A stretch of 24,000 nt of DNA from an uncultured delta proteobacterium. GTDB taxonomy: Bacteria > Myxococcota > Myxococcia > Myxococcales > Anaeromyxobacteraceae. The position numbers and the translations under genes were made by a program. This document shows positions 1 through 8,703 of this stretch, in pieces. Where the stretch lies: contig CAVTRF010000021.1 of the NCBI GenBank assembly GCA_963736795.1, forward strand, positions 149,364-173,363, in the 5' to 3' direction. The number at the start of each line of letters is the position of its first letter. Position 1 is the first letter of the stretch. The notes beneath the pieces were generated by a model. That model had not been told where the DNA came from. It worked only from the letters and a program-made list of their open reading frames with translations, and ran no database searches.

Positions 1-1
1 G

Positions 2-511
2 GTGCTCGGGCGCGAGGACATGACGCTCGCCGACCTGGCCGTCCCCGGGACCCCCGAGATCCACTTCGAGCCCGAGGAGCGCCCGCTCCTCGTCGTCCCC
101 GGGCGGCTCGCCGTCGGCGAGGGGAAGCCGGACGAGCTGAACCGCGGGCGCATGCGCGTGAACGTCGCCTTCACGCTCCCGCCGGGCGCGTACGCGACGC
201 TCGTCGTGAAGCGGCTCTTCCACTGGACGCTCGAGCCCGGGATGGCGAAGCGCCGCGCCGCCGACGGCGGCCCCCGCGCCCGCGGGCGGGCGTCGGGCCT
301 CGCCGCAGCGGCGGCCGCTCCGCGCGAGATCGCGCCGGGGACGAGCCTGCCCCAGGGCGACATGCCGGTCCTCCCGCCCGCGCCGGCGGCCGCGCCCCCC
401 GCGCCCCAGGAGCCGCGCGGGTTTCTCGCGCGAAAGCGCGCCGAGAAGGAGGCGCGGAAGGTCCGGCGCGAGGCCGCCAAGCCCGGCCGCAAGAACGCGC
501 CCCGTTCGTGA
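2..511 (+). CDS. truD: tRNA pseudouridine(13) synthase TruD, C-terminal part (5' end lies outside the window)
   Basis: The ORF is open to the window edge. The motif NVAFTLPPGAYATLVVKRLF matches the conserved TruD C-terminal strand (E. coli LRFWLPAGSFATSVVRELI, recalled from memory). It is followed by an Ala/Pro/Arg/Lys-rich tail of about 95 aa. Third codon positions are G/C-rich. Confidence 0.7.
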   Translation: MLGREDMTLADLAVPGTPEIHFEPEERPLLVVPGRLAVGEGKPDELNRGRMRVNVAFTLPPGAYATLVVKRLFHWTLEPGMAKRRAADGGPRARGRASGLAAAAAAPREIAPGTSLPQGDMPVLPPAPAAAPPAPQEPRGFLARKRAEKEARKVRREAAKPGRKNAPRS

Positions 512-544
512 CTTCTTACTAAGCGTCACATTCCGCCGTACTCT

Positions 545-576
545 GGAGGCCCGCGCGGCTGACCCGCGCGGCCTCC
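545..576 (+). terminator. GC-rich stem-loop downstream of truD (possible terminator, no U-tract)
   Basis: Positions 545-551 pair with 570-576 and 553-558 pair with 564-569, giving 13 bp with one bulged C at 552. The loop is ctgac. The structure starts 34 nt after the truD stop and ends 10 nt before the kinase ATG. Confidence 0.3.
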
Positions 577-586
577 GGGGGCCGGA

Positions 587-2497
587 ATGACCTACGCAGC
601 GAGCATCGCCCTGATGTCCTCGGGGATCGCCTGCTACGTGGCCGCGCTGAGCGTGCAGTTCTCGCGCGCTCCGGGCTGGCGCGATCAGCGCTACTTCTCG
701 CTCGCGGCGTTCGCCGCCGCGGCGTTCGCGGCGCTGAACGTGCCGACGGTCGCGCCGGTCCTCTCGGACGGGGCGGTCGTGCTCACGACGCGCATCCAGC
801 TCGCCCTCGTCGCGCTGCACGTCGTTCGCCTGGGTGCGCTACTCGAGCGTCCTCGTCGGCAGGCCGGGATCCCGGCTCGACCGGTACCTCGTCTGGGTCC
901 TCGCGACGATCGCAGCGGGCGCCGCGCTACCGGCCGCGTACTACACCGGGGCGGTCCGGCTGGACGTGATCGAGCGCCTCGCCTACTCGTGCCGCACCGC
1001 GATCACCACGCCGCTCGGCGACGCGGCGTACGTCGTCGCGCTCTCGCTCGTCCTGGTGCCGACCGCGCGGTTCGCCCGGGCGTGGCGCCAGGGGATCGCG
1101 AACGCCGGGGTGCAGTTCCTCACGCTCGCGTTCCTGATCGTGCTCGCCGTGAACGACCTCCTCGTCATGGCCGGCGTGTACCGGAGCCCGTACCTCTCCG
1201 ATGTCGCCTTCCTCCTGCCGATCGCGGCGGTCGGGTACGTGCTCACCACCCGCTTCGTCGAGGACTCACGCGCTCACGAGGCCCTGCGGCGCGATCTCGA
1301 GCACCAGGTGGCGGAGCGGACCGCGGAGCTCGGCCAGGCGCAGGAGGCGCTGCACCGTGCCGAGAAGCTGGCGGCGCTCGGGCAGTTCGCCGCGGGCGTC
1401 GCCCACGAGGTCAACAACCCCGCGTGCGTCGTCAGCGCGAACCTCGCGTACATCGAGCAGATGGAGGGCGACGTGCTCACGTCCGAGGGCCGAGACGCGC
1501 TCAAGGAGTCGCTCCAGTCGATGCAGCGGATCGCCGCGATCGTGCGGCAGCTCCTCGACGCGGGGCGGCTCGCGGCGTCGCCGCACGAGCGGAAGGCCAT
1601 CCCGCTGCGGCCCCTCGTGGACGGCGCCGATCTCCGCGGTCCGCGCCCGCTTCGGCAAGCGCGTGCGGACGACGAACCTCGTCCCGGAGGGCGTCCACGC
1701 GTTCGGCCACGAGGGCGTGCTCGCCCAGGTCCTGGTGAACCTCGTCGCGAATGCGGTGCAGGCCGTCCCGGACCACCGGTCGGACGGGAACGTCTCGAAT
1801 CCGCGCCGAGGCGAGCGCCGGCCGTCGCGTCACCCTCGTCGTGGAGGACAACGGCGAGGGCATGGAGCCCGAGGTCCTGCGCCGCGTGTTCGAGCCGTTC
1901 TTCACCACGAAGCCGTTCGGCATCGGCACGGGGCTCGGGCTCGCGGTATCACGTGGCCTCGTCCTGAGCCTCGACGGCGACCTTCGCCTCGAGAGCACTC
2001 CCCGCGTCGGCACGCGGGCGTTCGTGGGGCTGGCGCTCGCCAGGCGCCCCACGCCGGCGCCGGGGCGGCGTGAGGTGGCGCGGCGCTCCACCGAGCGGCA
2101 GGACCGGATCCTCATCGTCGACGACGAGGCCCCCGTCCTCACGTCGATCCGCCGGGTCCTCGAGCCGCAGTACCGGGTCGCGCTCGCGTCCGGCGTGGAG
2201 GAGGGGCTCTCGCGCATCGACCAGGCGACCTTCGACCTCGTGCTCTGCGACGTGATGATGCCGGGCGGGGGCGCCGAGCGGCTCTACCGGACCCTGCTCG
2301 GCCGCGCCCCCGCCGTGGCGCAGCGCCTCATCTTCTTCACCGGCGGCGCCGTGACCGATCAGGCGCGCGAGTTCCTCGGAAGCCAGCCGCAGCCCGTGCT
2401 CTACAAGCCGCTCGATCTCGAGCAGTTCGCGCGGATCGCCGAGCGGATGTGCGGTGGCGCTCGTGGCGGCGTCCCCGGCCGAGAAACGCTGACCTGA
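587..2497 (+). pseudogene. Hybrid sensor histidine kinase/response regulator (7TM N-terminal region, HisKA, HATPase_c, REC), readable only by changing frame three times (+1 each)
   Basis: Seven hydrophobic helices are spread over ORF 587..1738 (first ~80 aa) and ORF 834..1967. The H-box FAAGVAHEVNNP is in ORF 834..1967. The N-box VLVNLVANAVQAV is in ORF 1201..2073. The G1 box VEDNGEGM, the G2 box GIGTGLGLAV and the receiver domain (ILIVDDE, LVLCDVMMPG, YKPL) are in ORF 1751..2497. The protein-like sequence switches frame near 824, 1627 and 1795. Confidence 0.8.
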
Positions 2498-2650
2498 CGT
2501 CCCGCCGCCCCGCGCGAGCGGCGAGCCTCGCTCCGCATTCGCGGGGTCGCGCCCCGCTTGCTGGACCGCGCAGGCGATCCGAGCCCCGCTCACACCGCCA
2601 GCGAAGCTGACTGGGAGTGTCAGAGGGGGTGCATAGCGTCGCTCACCGCC

Positions 2651-2666
2651 CCGATCCCGGGATCGG
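2651..2666. repeat. 16-bp perfect palindrome CCGATCCCGGGATCGG upstream of the Spt-like gene
   Basis: Read directly from the sequence; it lies 30 nt upstream of ATG 2696. Function is unknown; it could be an operator or a stem. Confidence 0.5.
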
Positions 2667-2695
2667 CTCCGCCGCCCCCGCGGCGAGGAGGACGC

Positions 2696-3916
2696 ATGGA
2701 CCTGTTCGAGAAGTGCTCGCACCTCCATCCCGTCGTCGAGCTGATGAATGGAGGGTTCCGCGCCTATTACCGCGTGCTCGAGTCCGCGCCCGACGCCGAG
2801 GTGATGGTCGAGGGGCGTCGGATGGTCATGCTCGGCTCCAACAACTACCTCGGGCTCGCGAACGATCCGCGCGTGAAGCGCGCGGCGATCGAGGCGGTCG
2901 AGGCGTTTGGCACCGGGACCACCGGGGCCCGCGTCCTCAACGGAACGCTCGAGCTGCACACGGAGGTCGAGCGGAGGCTCGCGCGCTTCCTCCGGCGCGA
3001 CGCGGCGATCTTCTTCACCTCCGGCTACATGGCGAACCTCGGCGTCATCTCCTCGCTCGCCGGCCGCGGGGACGTCGTCGTCGTCGATCGCGAGGCGCAC
3101 GCGTCGATCCTCGACGGGGCCAAGCTCTCCTTCGCCGAGGTGAAGCGGTTCCGGCACAACGACGTGAAGGACCTCGAGCGGGTGCTGGAGAGCGGTGGCG
3201 GGTCCGGAATGCTCGTCGCGGTGGACGGGATCTACTCGATGACGGGGGAGCTCGCGCCGCTGCCGCGCATCGTCGAGGCCTGCCGCAGGCACGGCGCCCG
3301 CCTGCTGGTCGACGACGCGCACGGGCTCGGCGTGCTCGGGCGAGACGGTCGCGGTGTCGCCGAGCACTTCGGGCTCGAGGACGAGATCGACGTGATCGTC
3401 GGGACGACGAGCAAGTCGCTCCCCGCGGTCGGCGGCTTCGCCGCGGCCCAGCAGCCCGTGATCGACTACCTGCGCCTCTCGACGACGAACCGGCCGTTCT
3501 TCTTCGCGGCGTCCGCGCCACCACCGGCGCTCGCGGCCGTCCTCGCCGCGCTCGACGTGGTCGAGCAGGAACCTTCGCTCCGCCGCAGGCTGTGGGCGAC
3601 CACGCGCCGGTTCCTTCACGCCGTCCGGGGCATGGGGTTCGACGCGGGGAACTCGCAGACGCCCATCGTCCCGATCACGGTCGGCAGCATCGAGCGCACC
3701 TTCGAGATGTGGAAGGGGCTGAACGAGGCGGGCATCTTCGTGAACGTCGTCCTGCCGCCCGCCGTCCCGGCCGGGAGCTGCCTCATCCGCATGACCGTGA
3801 CCGCCGCGCACACCGACGAGCAGATCGACCGGGTGATCGAGGCGCTGGAGCGGATCGGCGCTCGGCTCGGGCTCATCCCGGGCACCGGACGCGTGCGCGA
3901 GGAGAGATCGAGGTGA
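2696..3916 (+). CDS. PLP-dependent alpha-oxoamine synthase family acyltransferase, most similar in layout to bacterial serine palmitoyltransferase (Spt)
   Basis: ATG 2696 is preceded by GAGGAGGA. Family hallmarks are present: LGSNNYLGL, the FTSGYMANLG block, RFRHND, VDDAHGLGV and the PLP-lysine motif GTTSKS. The N-terminus (YYRVLES..EVMVEGRRMVMLGSNNY) and C-terminus (GIFVNVVLPPAVPAG..IRMTVTAAHTDEQIDR) parallel Sphingomonas and Porphyromonas Spt as I recall them. KBL or BioF are not excluded. Confidence 0.85.
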   Translation: MDLFEKCSHLHPVVELMNGGFRAYYRVLESAPDAEVMVEGRRMVMLGSNNYLGLANDPRVKRAAIEAVEAFGTGTTGARVLNGTLELHTEVERRLARFLRRDAAIFFTSGYMANLGVISSLAGRGDVVVVDREAHASILDGAKLSFAEVKRFRHNDVKDLERVLESGGGSGMLVAVDGIYSMTGELAPLPRIVEACRRHGARLLVDDAHGLGVLGRDGRGVAEHFGLEDEIDVIVGTTSKSLPAVGGFAAAQQPVIDYLRLSTTNRPFFFAASAPPPALAAVLAALDVVEQEPSLRRRLWATTRRFLHAVRGMGFDAGNSQTPIVPITVGSIERTFEMWKGLNEAGIFVNVVLPPAVPAGSCLIRMTVTAAHTDEQIDRVIEALERIGARLGLIPGTGRVREERSR

Positions 3917-3938
3917 AGCGGGCCGGGTGAGGCCGAGC

Positions 3939-4026
3939 GACTTGGACTTGGACTTGGACTTGGACTTGGACTTGGACTTGGACTTGGACTTGGACGATTG
4001 GACGAATCGACCAAGACCAAGACCAA
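3939..4026. repeat. Hexanucleotide array A: (GACTTG)x9, irregular joint GACGATTG-GACGAATC, then (GACCAA)x3; the 3' portion folds as a long imperfect hairpin
   Basis: Nine perfect GACTTG units span 3939-3992 and three GACCAA units span 4009-4026. The arms at about 3977-3999 and 4005-4027 are complementary except for one A/A (T/T) mismatch per 6 nt, with loop ggacg (4000-4004). The array lies between the convergent stops at 3916 and 4044. Confidence 0.9.
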
Positions 4027-4043
4027 GTTGACGTCGGTCGGCC

Positions 4044-4520
4044 TCAACTGGGCCGCGGATCGGCCCACTCCCAGAGCGCCGCGCGATCGTCGGCGAGCGC
4101 CTGCAGCAGCGCGGCGACCACCACGACGTCCACCTCCGGCGGCACGTCGAGCGCGACGAGCTTCGGCCGCAGCACCTCGTGCGTGCAGCCGAGCTCGAGC
4201 AGCCGTTCGAGGAGTCCCTGAACCGCGGCGTCCGCGACCTCCACCGCGGGGTCGAGGGCCATCCGCAGCGTCCGGTGGCCGCCCTTCTCGATCACGTCCT
4301 CGAGCCGGGGCGCCTCCTCGCCGGCAACCTCGACCGCGTGCACCACGTCGTCGCGCGAGACGCCGTACGCGAAGAACGGGCAGCTCTCGATCCGGTAGCG
4401 GCCGCTGCCGAGCGACTCCGCCCAGAGCCAGTCGTCGGGAGGCGTGCCCGAGCGCGGCCCCGACTCGAGCGGGACGCGGATCCGGACGAGCGCCTCTGCG
4501 GTCTCCTGCTCGGTGGCCAT
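4044..4520 (-). CDS. DUF4265 domain-containing protein
   Basis: This is a 158-aa ORF with native G/C third positions. The core ...DDWLWAESLGSGRYRIESCPFFAYGVSRDDVVHA...VIEKGGHRTLRMAL follows the DUF4265 pattern as I recall it (E.lWa..l..g.Y.l.n.PFfa.gvs..DvV...GGhsT.R). The family assignment is from memory, not from a search. Confidence 0.7.
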   Translation of the reverse strand: MATEQETAEALVRIRVPLESGPRSGTPPDDWLWAESLGSGRYRIESCPFFAYGVSRDDVVHAVEVAGEEAPRLEDVIEKGGHRTLRMALDPAVEVADAAVQGLLERLLELGCTHEVLRPKLVALDVPPEVDVVVVAALLQALADDRAALWEWADPRPS

Positions 4521-4637
4521 CGGGGTTCCCCTCGCCGTGAATCTACCCGGGACCGCGCCCGACCGCGACGGCTCCGGAGAGGCGCTCCCGCGGAGCCCGC
4601 CCGGGTGCGCGCACGCGCGCGAGCTACCCTCGCGGGG

Positions 4638-5414
4638 TCACCGCATCTGGGTGAGGCGCGCCGCGATGGCGTCCGCGAGATCGGCCCCGGTGTACCGCGC
4701 CGGCTCGACCTCCGGTGTGAGCCCGGCCGCGCGGAGCGCCTCCGAGGTCGTCGGCCCGATGGCGGCCAGCACGACGTCTCGCAGGAGAGCGGCACGCTCG
4801 CCGAGCCCGCCGACGACCGCCTTCACCGCGGACGGCGAGGCAAACGCGACGGCGGACACCTCCCCCGCCTCGAGCCAGGCCGCGAGCGGCCGGATCGCCT
4901 CTGCCGGCGCGGCGAGCGTGCGGTAGGCCTCGACGGCGACCACCTCGGCACCCGCCGCGACGAGGCCGTCGAGGAGCTCGGGCCGTCCCTCCGCCGGGCG
5001 CGGCAGGAGGACGCGGCGGCCGCGGACCCGCGCCGCGAGCGCGGCCGCCATCGCCGCCCCCTTCGACTCGGCGGGGACGAGGTCGGGCTCGCGGACGGTG
5101 CGGGCGAGCCGCTCCGCGGTGGCGGGTCCGACCGCGGCCAGCGAGAGCCGCGCGAGCGCCGCCGCCGGCAGGCCGAGCGCGGCGAGCCGCTCCACCGTTC
5201 GCTCGACCGCGGTCGCGCTCGCGAACACGGCCCAGTCGAAGCGGGCGAGGTCGCGAAGGGCCGCGTCGAGCGGCGCCGGGTCGGACGGCGGCGCGAACGC
5301 GATGGAGGGGATCTCGCGGACCTCGGCGCCGAGGTCGCGCAGCCGCGCCGCGAGCGCGTCCTCGCCGGCCCGGCTGCGGGTGACGACGACGGTCCGGCGG
5401 TCGAGGCGCGGCAC
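4638..5414 (-). CDS. hemD: Uroporphyrinogen-III synthase
   Basis: HemD-like two-lobe sequence is present (RTVVVTRSRAGEDALAARLRDLGAEV..., ...VAFASPSAVKAVV...AIGPTTSEALRAAGL). It sits directly downstream of hemC. I chose the start at in-frame GTG 5414, 15 nt after the hemC stop; the longer ORF to 5666 overlaps hemC and is Arg/Pro-rich junk. The exact start is uncertain. Confidence 0.8.
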   Translation of the reverse strand: MPRLDRRTVVVTRSRAGEDALAARLRDLGAEVREIPSIAFAPPSDPAPLDAALRDLARFDWAVFASATAVERTVERLAALGLPAAALARLSLAAVGPATAERLARTVREPDLVPAESKGAAMAAALAARVRGRRVLLPRPAEGRPELLDGLVAAGAEVVAVEAYRTLAAPAEAIRPLAAWLEAGEVSAVAFASPSAVKAVVGGLGERAALLRDVVLAAIGPTTSEALRAAGLTPEVEPARYTGADLADAIAARLTQMR

Positions 5415-5428
5415 CGGGGAGCCCTGGA

Positions 5429-6376
5429 TCAGCTCCGCTTCGGCGCGGCGAGGCCGGGGGCCTTCCCCTCGCACGCGCGCAGGATCTCGCCCGCGCCCTT
5501 CGAGAGCAGCTCCTCGGCGAGCGCCTCCCCCATGGCGCGCGCCCCGGCGAGCGGAGCGCGCCGCTCCCCGCGGATGACCTGCAGGCCGTCGAGCGACGCG
5601 ACGAGCGCGCGGAGGATGACGTCCGGGCCCTCGACGCGGGCGTGGCCGGCGATCGGAACCTGGCACCCGCCCTCGATGCGGGCGAGGAACCCGCGCTCCG
5701 CCTCGGTGCGCACGCGGGTCTCGGGGTGCTCGAGCGCGGCGAGCCGCTTCAGGGTCGCCGGGTCGTCCGCGCGCGCCTCGAGCGCGAGCGCGCCCTGCGC
5801 GACCGCCGGCAGCATCTCGTCGACCGAGAGGACGTGGGTCGCGTGCTCGGCGAGCCCGAGGCGGCGCAGGCCGGCGTAGGCGAGGACCACCGCGTCGAGC
5901 CCCTCGGACGCCTTGCGGAGCCGGGTCTCGACGTTGCCGCGCACCATGTGGAGCTCGAGGTCGGGGCGGAGCGCCTTGAGCTGCGCGCCGCGGCGGAGCG
6001 AGGAGGTACCGACCTTCGCGCCCTTCGGGAGCCGGTCGAGGGTCTTCCAGCGCGGGGAGCAGAGCGCGTCGCGCGGGTCCTCCCGCTCGGGCACCGCCCC
6101 GATGACGAGGCCGGGCGCGAGCAGGGCGGGCAGGTCCTTCATCGAGTGGACGGCGATCTCGGCGTCGCGCGCGAGGAGCGCGTCCTCGATCTCCTTCACG
6201 AACAGCCCCTTGCCGCCGACGTCGGCGAGCGGGACGTCGAGGATCTTGTCACCCCGGGTCACGAGCTCGTGCAGGCGCACGTCGAGCCCCGGCTCGCCGT
6301 CGCGGAGCAGGGAGGCGACGTGGTTCGCCTGCCACTTGGCGAGCGGGCTGCGGCGGGTCGCGATGCGGATCGTCAT
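5429..6376 (-). CDS. hemC: Hydroxymethylbilane synthase (porphobilinogen deaminase)
   Basis: This is a 315-aa ORF. It shows MTIRIATRRSPLAKWQANHV..., TRGDKILD, GGKGLFVKEIE, AVHSMKDLP and the cofactor-Cys region GGCQVPI, all typical of HemC. Confidence 0.95.
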   Translation of the reverse strand: MTIRIATRRSPLAKWQANHVASLLRDGEPGLDVRLHELVTRGDKILDVPLADVGGKGLFVKEIEDALLARDAEIAVHSMKDLPALLAPGLVIGAVPEREDPRDALCSPRWKTLDRLPKGAKVGTSSLRRGAQLKALRPDLELHMVRGNVETRLRKASEGLDAVVLAYAGLRRLGLAEHATHVLSVDEMLPAVAQGALALEARADDPATLKRLAALEHPETRVRTEAERGFLARIEGGCQVPIAGHARVEGPDVILRALVASLDGLQVIRGERRAPLAGARAMGEALAEELLSKGAGEILRACEGKAPGLAAPKRS

Positions 6377-6402
6377 GTGCGTTCGAAGCCTTTCGGGAAG
6401 CT

Positions 6403-7767
6403 CTAGGTGCGCTCGGAGGAGGCGACGGCGTGCGGCGCGCCGCCGGGATCTGCGCCGTGGGACGGCTCGGCGCCTTGCGGCCGGGCGCGCGCGTCGCGCT
6501 CCGGGGTCCGCGTCTCGCCGTTCTCGAGGCCGAACAGCTCGGCGGCTGCGCCGGCGAGGGCGCCGTCACCGGACGAGGCGGCCTCCTTGAGGCGCGCGGT
6601 CGGCCCGTGCAGGAGCTTGTTCACGATGGCCTGCGCCATCGCCTCGACGGACCGGCGCCCCTTCTCGTCGAGCTTGGCGCCGACCTGGGACAGCGTCCGC
6701 TCGGCCTCGGCGCGGGCGATCGCCTCGGCGCGGCTGCGAAGCTGGGCGAGCACCGGCAGCGCGGCGCGGGTCTCCCGCTCGCGGGCGAAGGCGAGGACCT
6801 CGACCTCGACGATCGCCTCCGCGCGGAGCCCCTCGCCGCGGCGCGCCTCGTGCGTCGACTCGACGACCTTCGCGAGGTCGTCCACGTCATAGGCGAAGAC
6901 GTCGCCGAGGTTGCCGCAGGCTGGGTCGACGTTGCGCGGGACCGCGAGGTCGATGAGGCAGATGGAGCGGTGACGCCGCGCCTTCATGGCCTTCTCGAGC
7001 ATCTCGCGGGTGAGCACGTAGGTCGGCGCGCCGGTCGAGACGATGACGACGTCCGCCTCGGCGAGCAGGTGCTGCAGCTCCTCCCAGCTCCGGAAGTTCC
7101 CGTTCACCTGCTCCGCGAGGGCGAGGCCCCGCTCGGGCGAGCGGTTCGTCACGAGGATGCGGTCGGCGCCGAGCACCGCGAGCGCCTTGGCCGAGAGCGC
7201 GCCCATCTTGCCGGCGCCCGCGAGCAGGATCGAGCGACCCTTCAGATCGCCGAAGATCTTCTCGACGAGCTCGACCGCGACCTGGGACATCGACGTCGCG
7301 CCGCGCCCGATGTCCGTCTCGGTGCGGACCCGCTTCGCGGTCGCGAAGGCCCGGTTGCACAGGCGCGAGAAGAACGAGCCGGCCGCCTGCGCCGCGCTCG
7401 CGAGGCCGTAGGCCTCCTTCACCTGGCCGAGGATCTGCTGCTCCCCGACGACCATCGAGTCGAGGCTCGCCGAGACGCGGAAGAGGTGGCGGATCGCCTC
7501 CACGCCGGTCTTCACGTACAGGTGATCGGCCGCCTCCGGGGATCGCGCCGTGAAGAACCGGCGCGCCGCCTCGTCCGTGCTGGCCTGGACGTAGACCTCG
7601 ACGCGGTTGCAGGTCGAGATGACGAGCGCCTCGCGGACGCCCGCCCCTGCGCGCAGCTCGACGAGCGCTCCCTTGAGCGCGTCTCCGGAGAGCGCGACCC
7701 GCTCGCGGACGTCGATGGGCGCGCTCTTGTGCGAGAGCCCGACGAGGTAGACGTCCCGGACGCTCAC
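6403..7767 (-). CDS. hemA: Glutamyl-tRNA reductase
   Basis: It shows [17 protein letters not shown], the catalytic-Cys motif STCNRVEVY, the NADPH-binding motif GAGKMG and a C-terminal dimerisation helix. GTG start 7767 overlaps the upstream gene's stop (GTGA). The ORF extension to 7992 is junk. Confidence 0.92.
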   Translation of the reverse strand: MSVRDVYLVGLSHKSAPIDVRERVALSGDALKGALVELRAGAGVREALVISTCNRVEVYVQASTDEAARRFFTARSPEAADHLYVKTGVEAIRHLFRVSASLDSMVVGEQQILGQVKEAYGLASAAQAAGSFFSRLCNRAFATAKRVRTETDIGRGATSMSQVAVELVEKIFGDLKGRSILLAGAGKMGALSAKALAVLGADRILVTNRSPERGLALAEQVNGNFRSWEELQHLLAEADVVIVSTGAPTYVLTREMLEKAMKARRHRSICLIDLAVPRNVDPACGNLGDVFAYDVDDLAKVVESTHEARRGEGLRAEAIVEVEVLAFARERETRAALPVLAQLRSRAEAIARAEAERTLSQVGAKLDEKGRRSVEAMAQAIVNKLLHGPTARLKEAASSGDGALAGAAAELFGLENGETRTPERDARARPQGAEPSHGADPGGAPHAVASSERT

Positions 7768-8621
7768 TGGGCGCTCCCCGCCGGCGCCGTGGCGGTCCCG
7801 TAGTCGCCGGTGTGGCGCGTGATGCCGGGCACGGACTTCAGCGTCACCATCGACCCGAGCACGAGCACGAACCCGACCAGGGTGAGGAGCGCGTAGCGCC
7901 GGCCGTGCCAGCCGCTGTGGCGCAGCTGGACGAGGCCGCCGTAGAGGAGCCACACCGACGTCGAGACGATCTGCTGCGCGTCCCAGGTCCACGCGCTCTT
8001 CCAGACGGTCGTCGCGGTGATCGTCCCGGCGACGAGCGCGACCGAGTAGACGACGAAGCCGGCGCGGACGAGCCGCTGCACCATCCGGTCGAGCGCGTCG
8101 AGCGACGGCAGCCGCGAGAAGAGCGCGCCGAACTTCTTCCCCTTCACCTCGCGCTCCTGCAGGAGGTACATGAGCGCGGCGCCGAACGCGATGCCGAAGA
8201 GCGCGACCCCCAGGCCCGCCGCGATGATGTGGAGGGTGAGCGTCGGGTGGCGGATCGCGTCCGGCGGAAGCTCCGGGTGCCCCGGCGTCCCGAACAGCGC
8301 CGGCAGGAGCGTCACGAGCAGGAGCGGCGTGACGAACGCGCCCAGCGTCGGCAAGCGGTAGAAGCGCTGCAGGAGCAGGTACGCGCCGGCGGCGAGCCAG
8401 ACCATCAGGATGACGCCGCCGCGGACGCTGAAGAACTCGGCGCCGCCGAACTCGCTGCAGCCGACGCCGATCGCGACCGCGTGCACGACGAACGCGCCGG
8501 AGAGCAGCGCCGCGCCCCCCGTCGCGAGCCCCGCGTGCCGCGGCCGGGCGAAGTAGACGATGTACGCCGCGGTGGCGACCGCGTAGAGCGCGGCGGCGAT
8601 GCGGAGGATGATGACGCTCAT
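7764..8621 (-). CDS. Cytochrome c assembly protein, CcsA/HemX-like integral membrane protein
   Basis: The ORF is 285 aa with about 8 hydrophobic helices. It carries a degenerate Trp-rich motif ([24 protein letters not shown]) resembling the WGxxWxWD heme-handling motif. It is the first gene of the hemA operon and is translationally coupled to hemA. Confidence 0.75.
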   Translation of the reverse strand: MSVIILRIAAALYAVATAAYIVYFARPRHAGLATGGAALLSGAFVVHAVAIGVGCSEFGGAEFFSVRGGVILMVWLAAGAYLLLQRFYRLPTLGAFVTPLLLVTLLPALFGTPGHPELPPDAIRHPTLTLHIIAAGLGVALFGIAFGAALMYLLQEREVKGKKFGALFSRLPSLDALDRMVQRLVRAGFVVYSVALVAGTITATTVWKSAWTWDAQQIVSTSVWLLYGGLVQLRHSGWHGRRYALLTLVGFVLVLGSMVTLKSVPGITRHTGDYGTATAPAGSAQ

Positions 8622-8703
8622 GGCTGGTGGCTTCGTGCGGTGCGCGCCGGGCGGTCGAGCGGGCGCGGCTCCGAAGTCCCTTCGTGGTGGCGGGTGCGTT
8701 CGT

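Noticed and set aside
1949-3811. 620-aa ORF on the - strand
   Set aside because: It is antisense to the kinase/receiver and the Spt-like gene. The composition is Arg/Gly/Asp/Glu/Pro-rich with no motifs. This is the classic long shadow ORF of high-GC DNA, where stop codons are rare.
3939-4026. CRISPR array, considered for both hexamer arrays (also 22184..22253)
   Set aside because: The period is 6 nt with no unique spacers and no cas genes. These are microsatellite-type tandem repeats, not CRISPR.
3616-4068. ORFs crossing array A: the 150-aa - strand ORF with (Ser-Pro)n, a possible GTG-initiated (Asp-Leu)9 micro-ORF at 3927..4029, and ORF 3998..4540 +
   Set aside because: The repeat translations are a by-product of the hexamer period. 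The flanks overlap real genes antisense or lack an RBS and codon bias. There is no evidence for a peptide product.
4179-5879. 566-aa ORF on the + strand
   Set aside because: It is antisense to DUF4265, hemD and hemC, all of which have clear homology-type motifs on the - strand.
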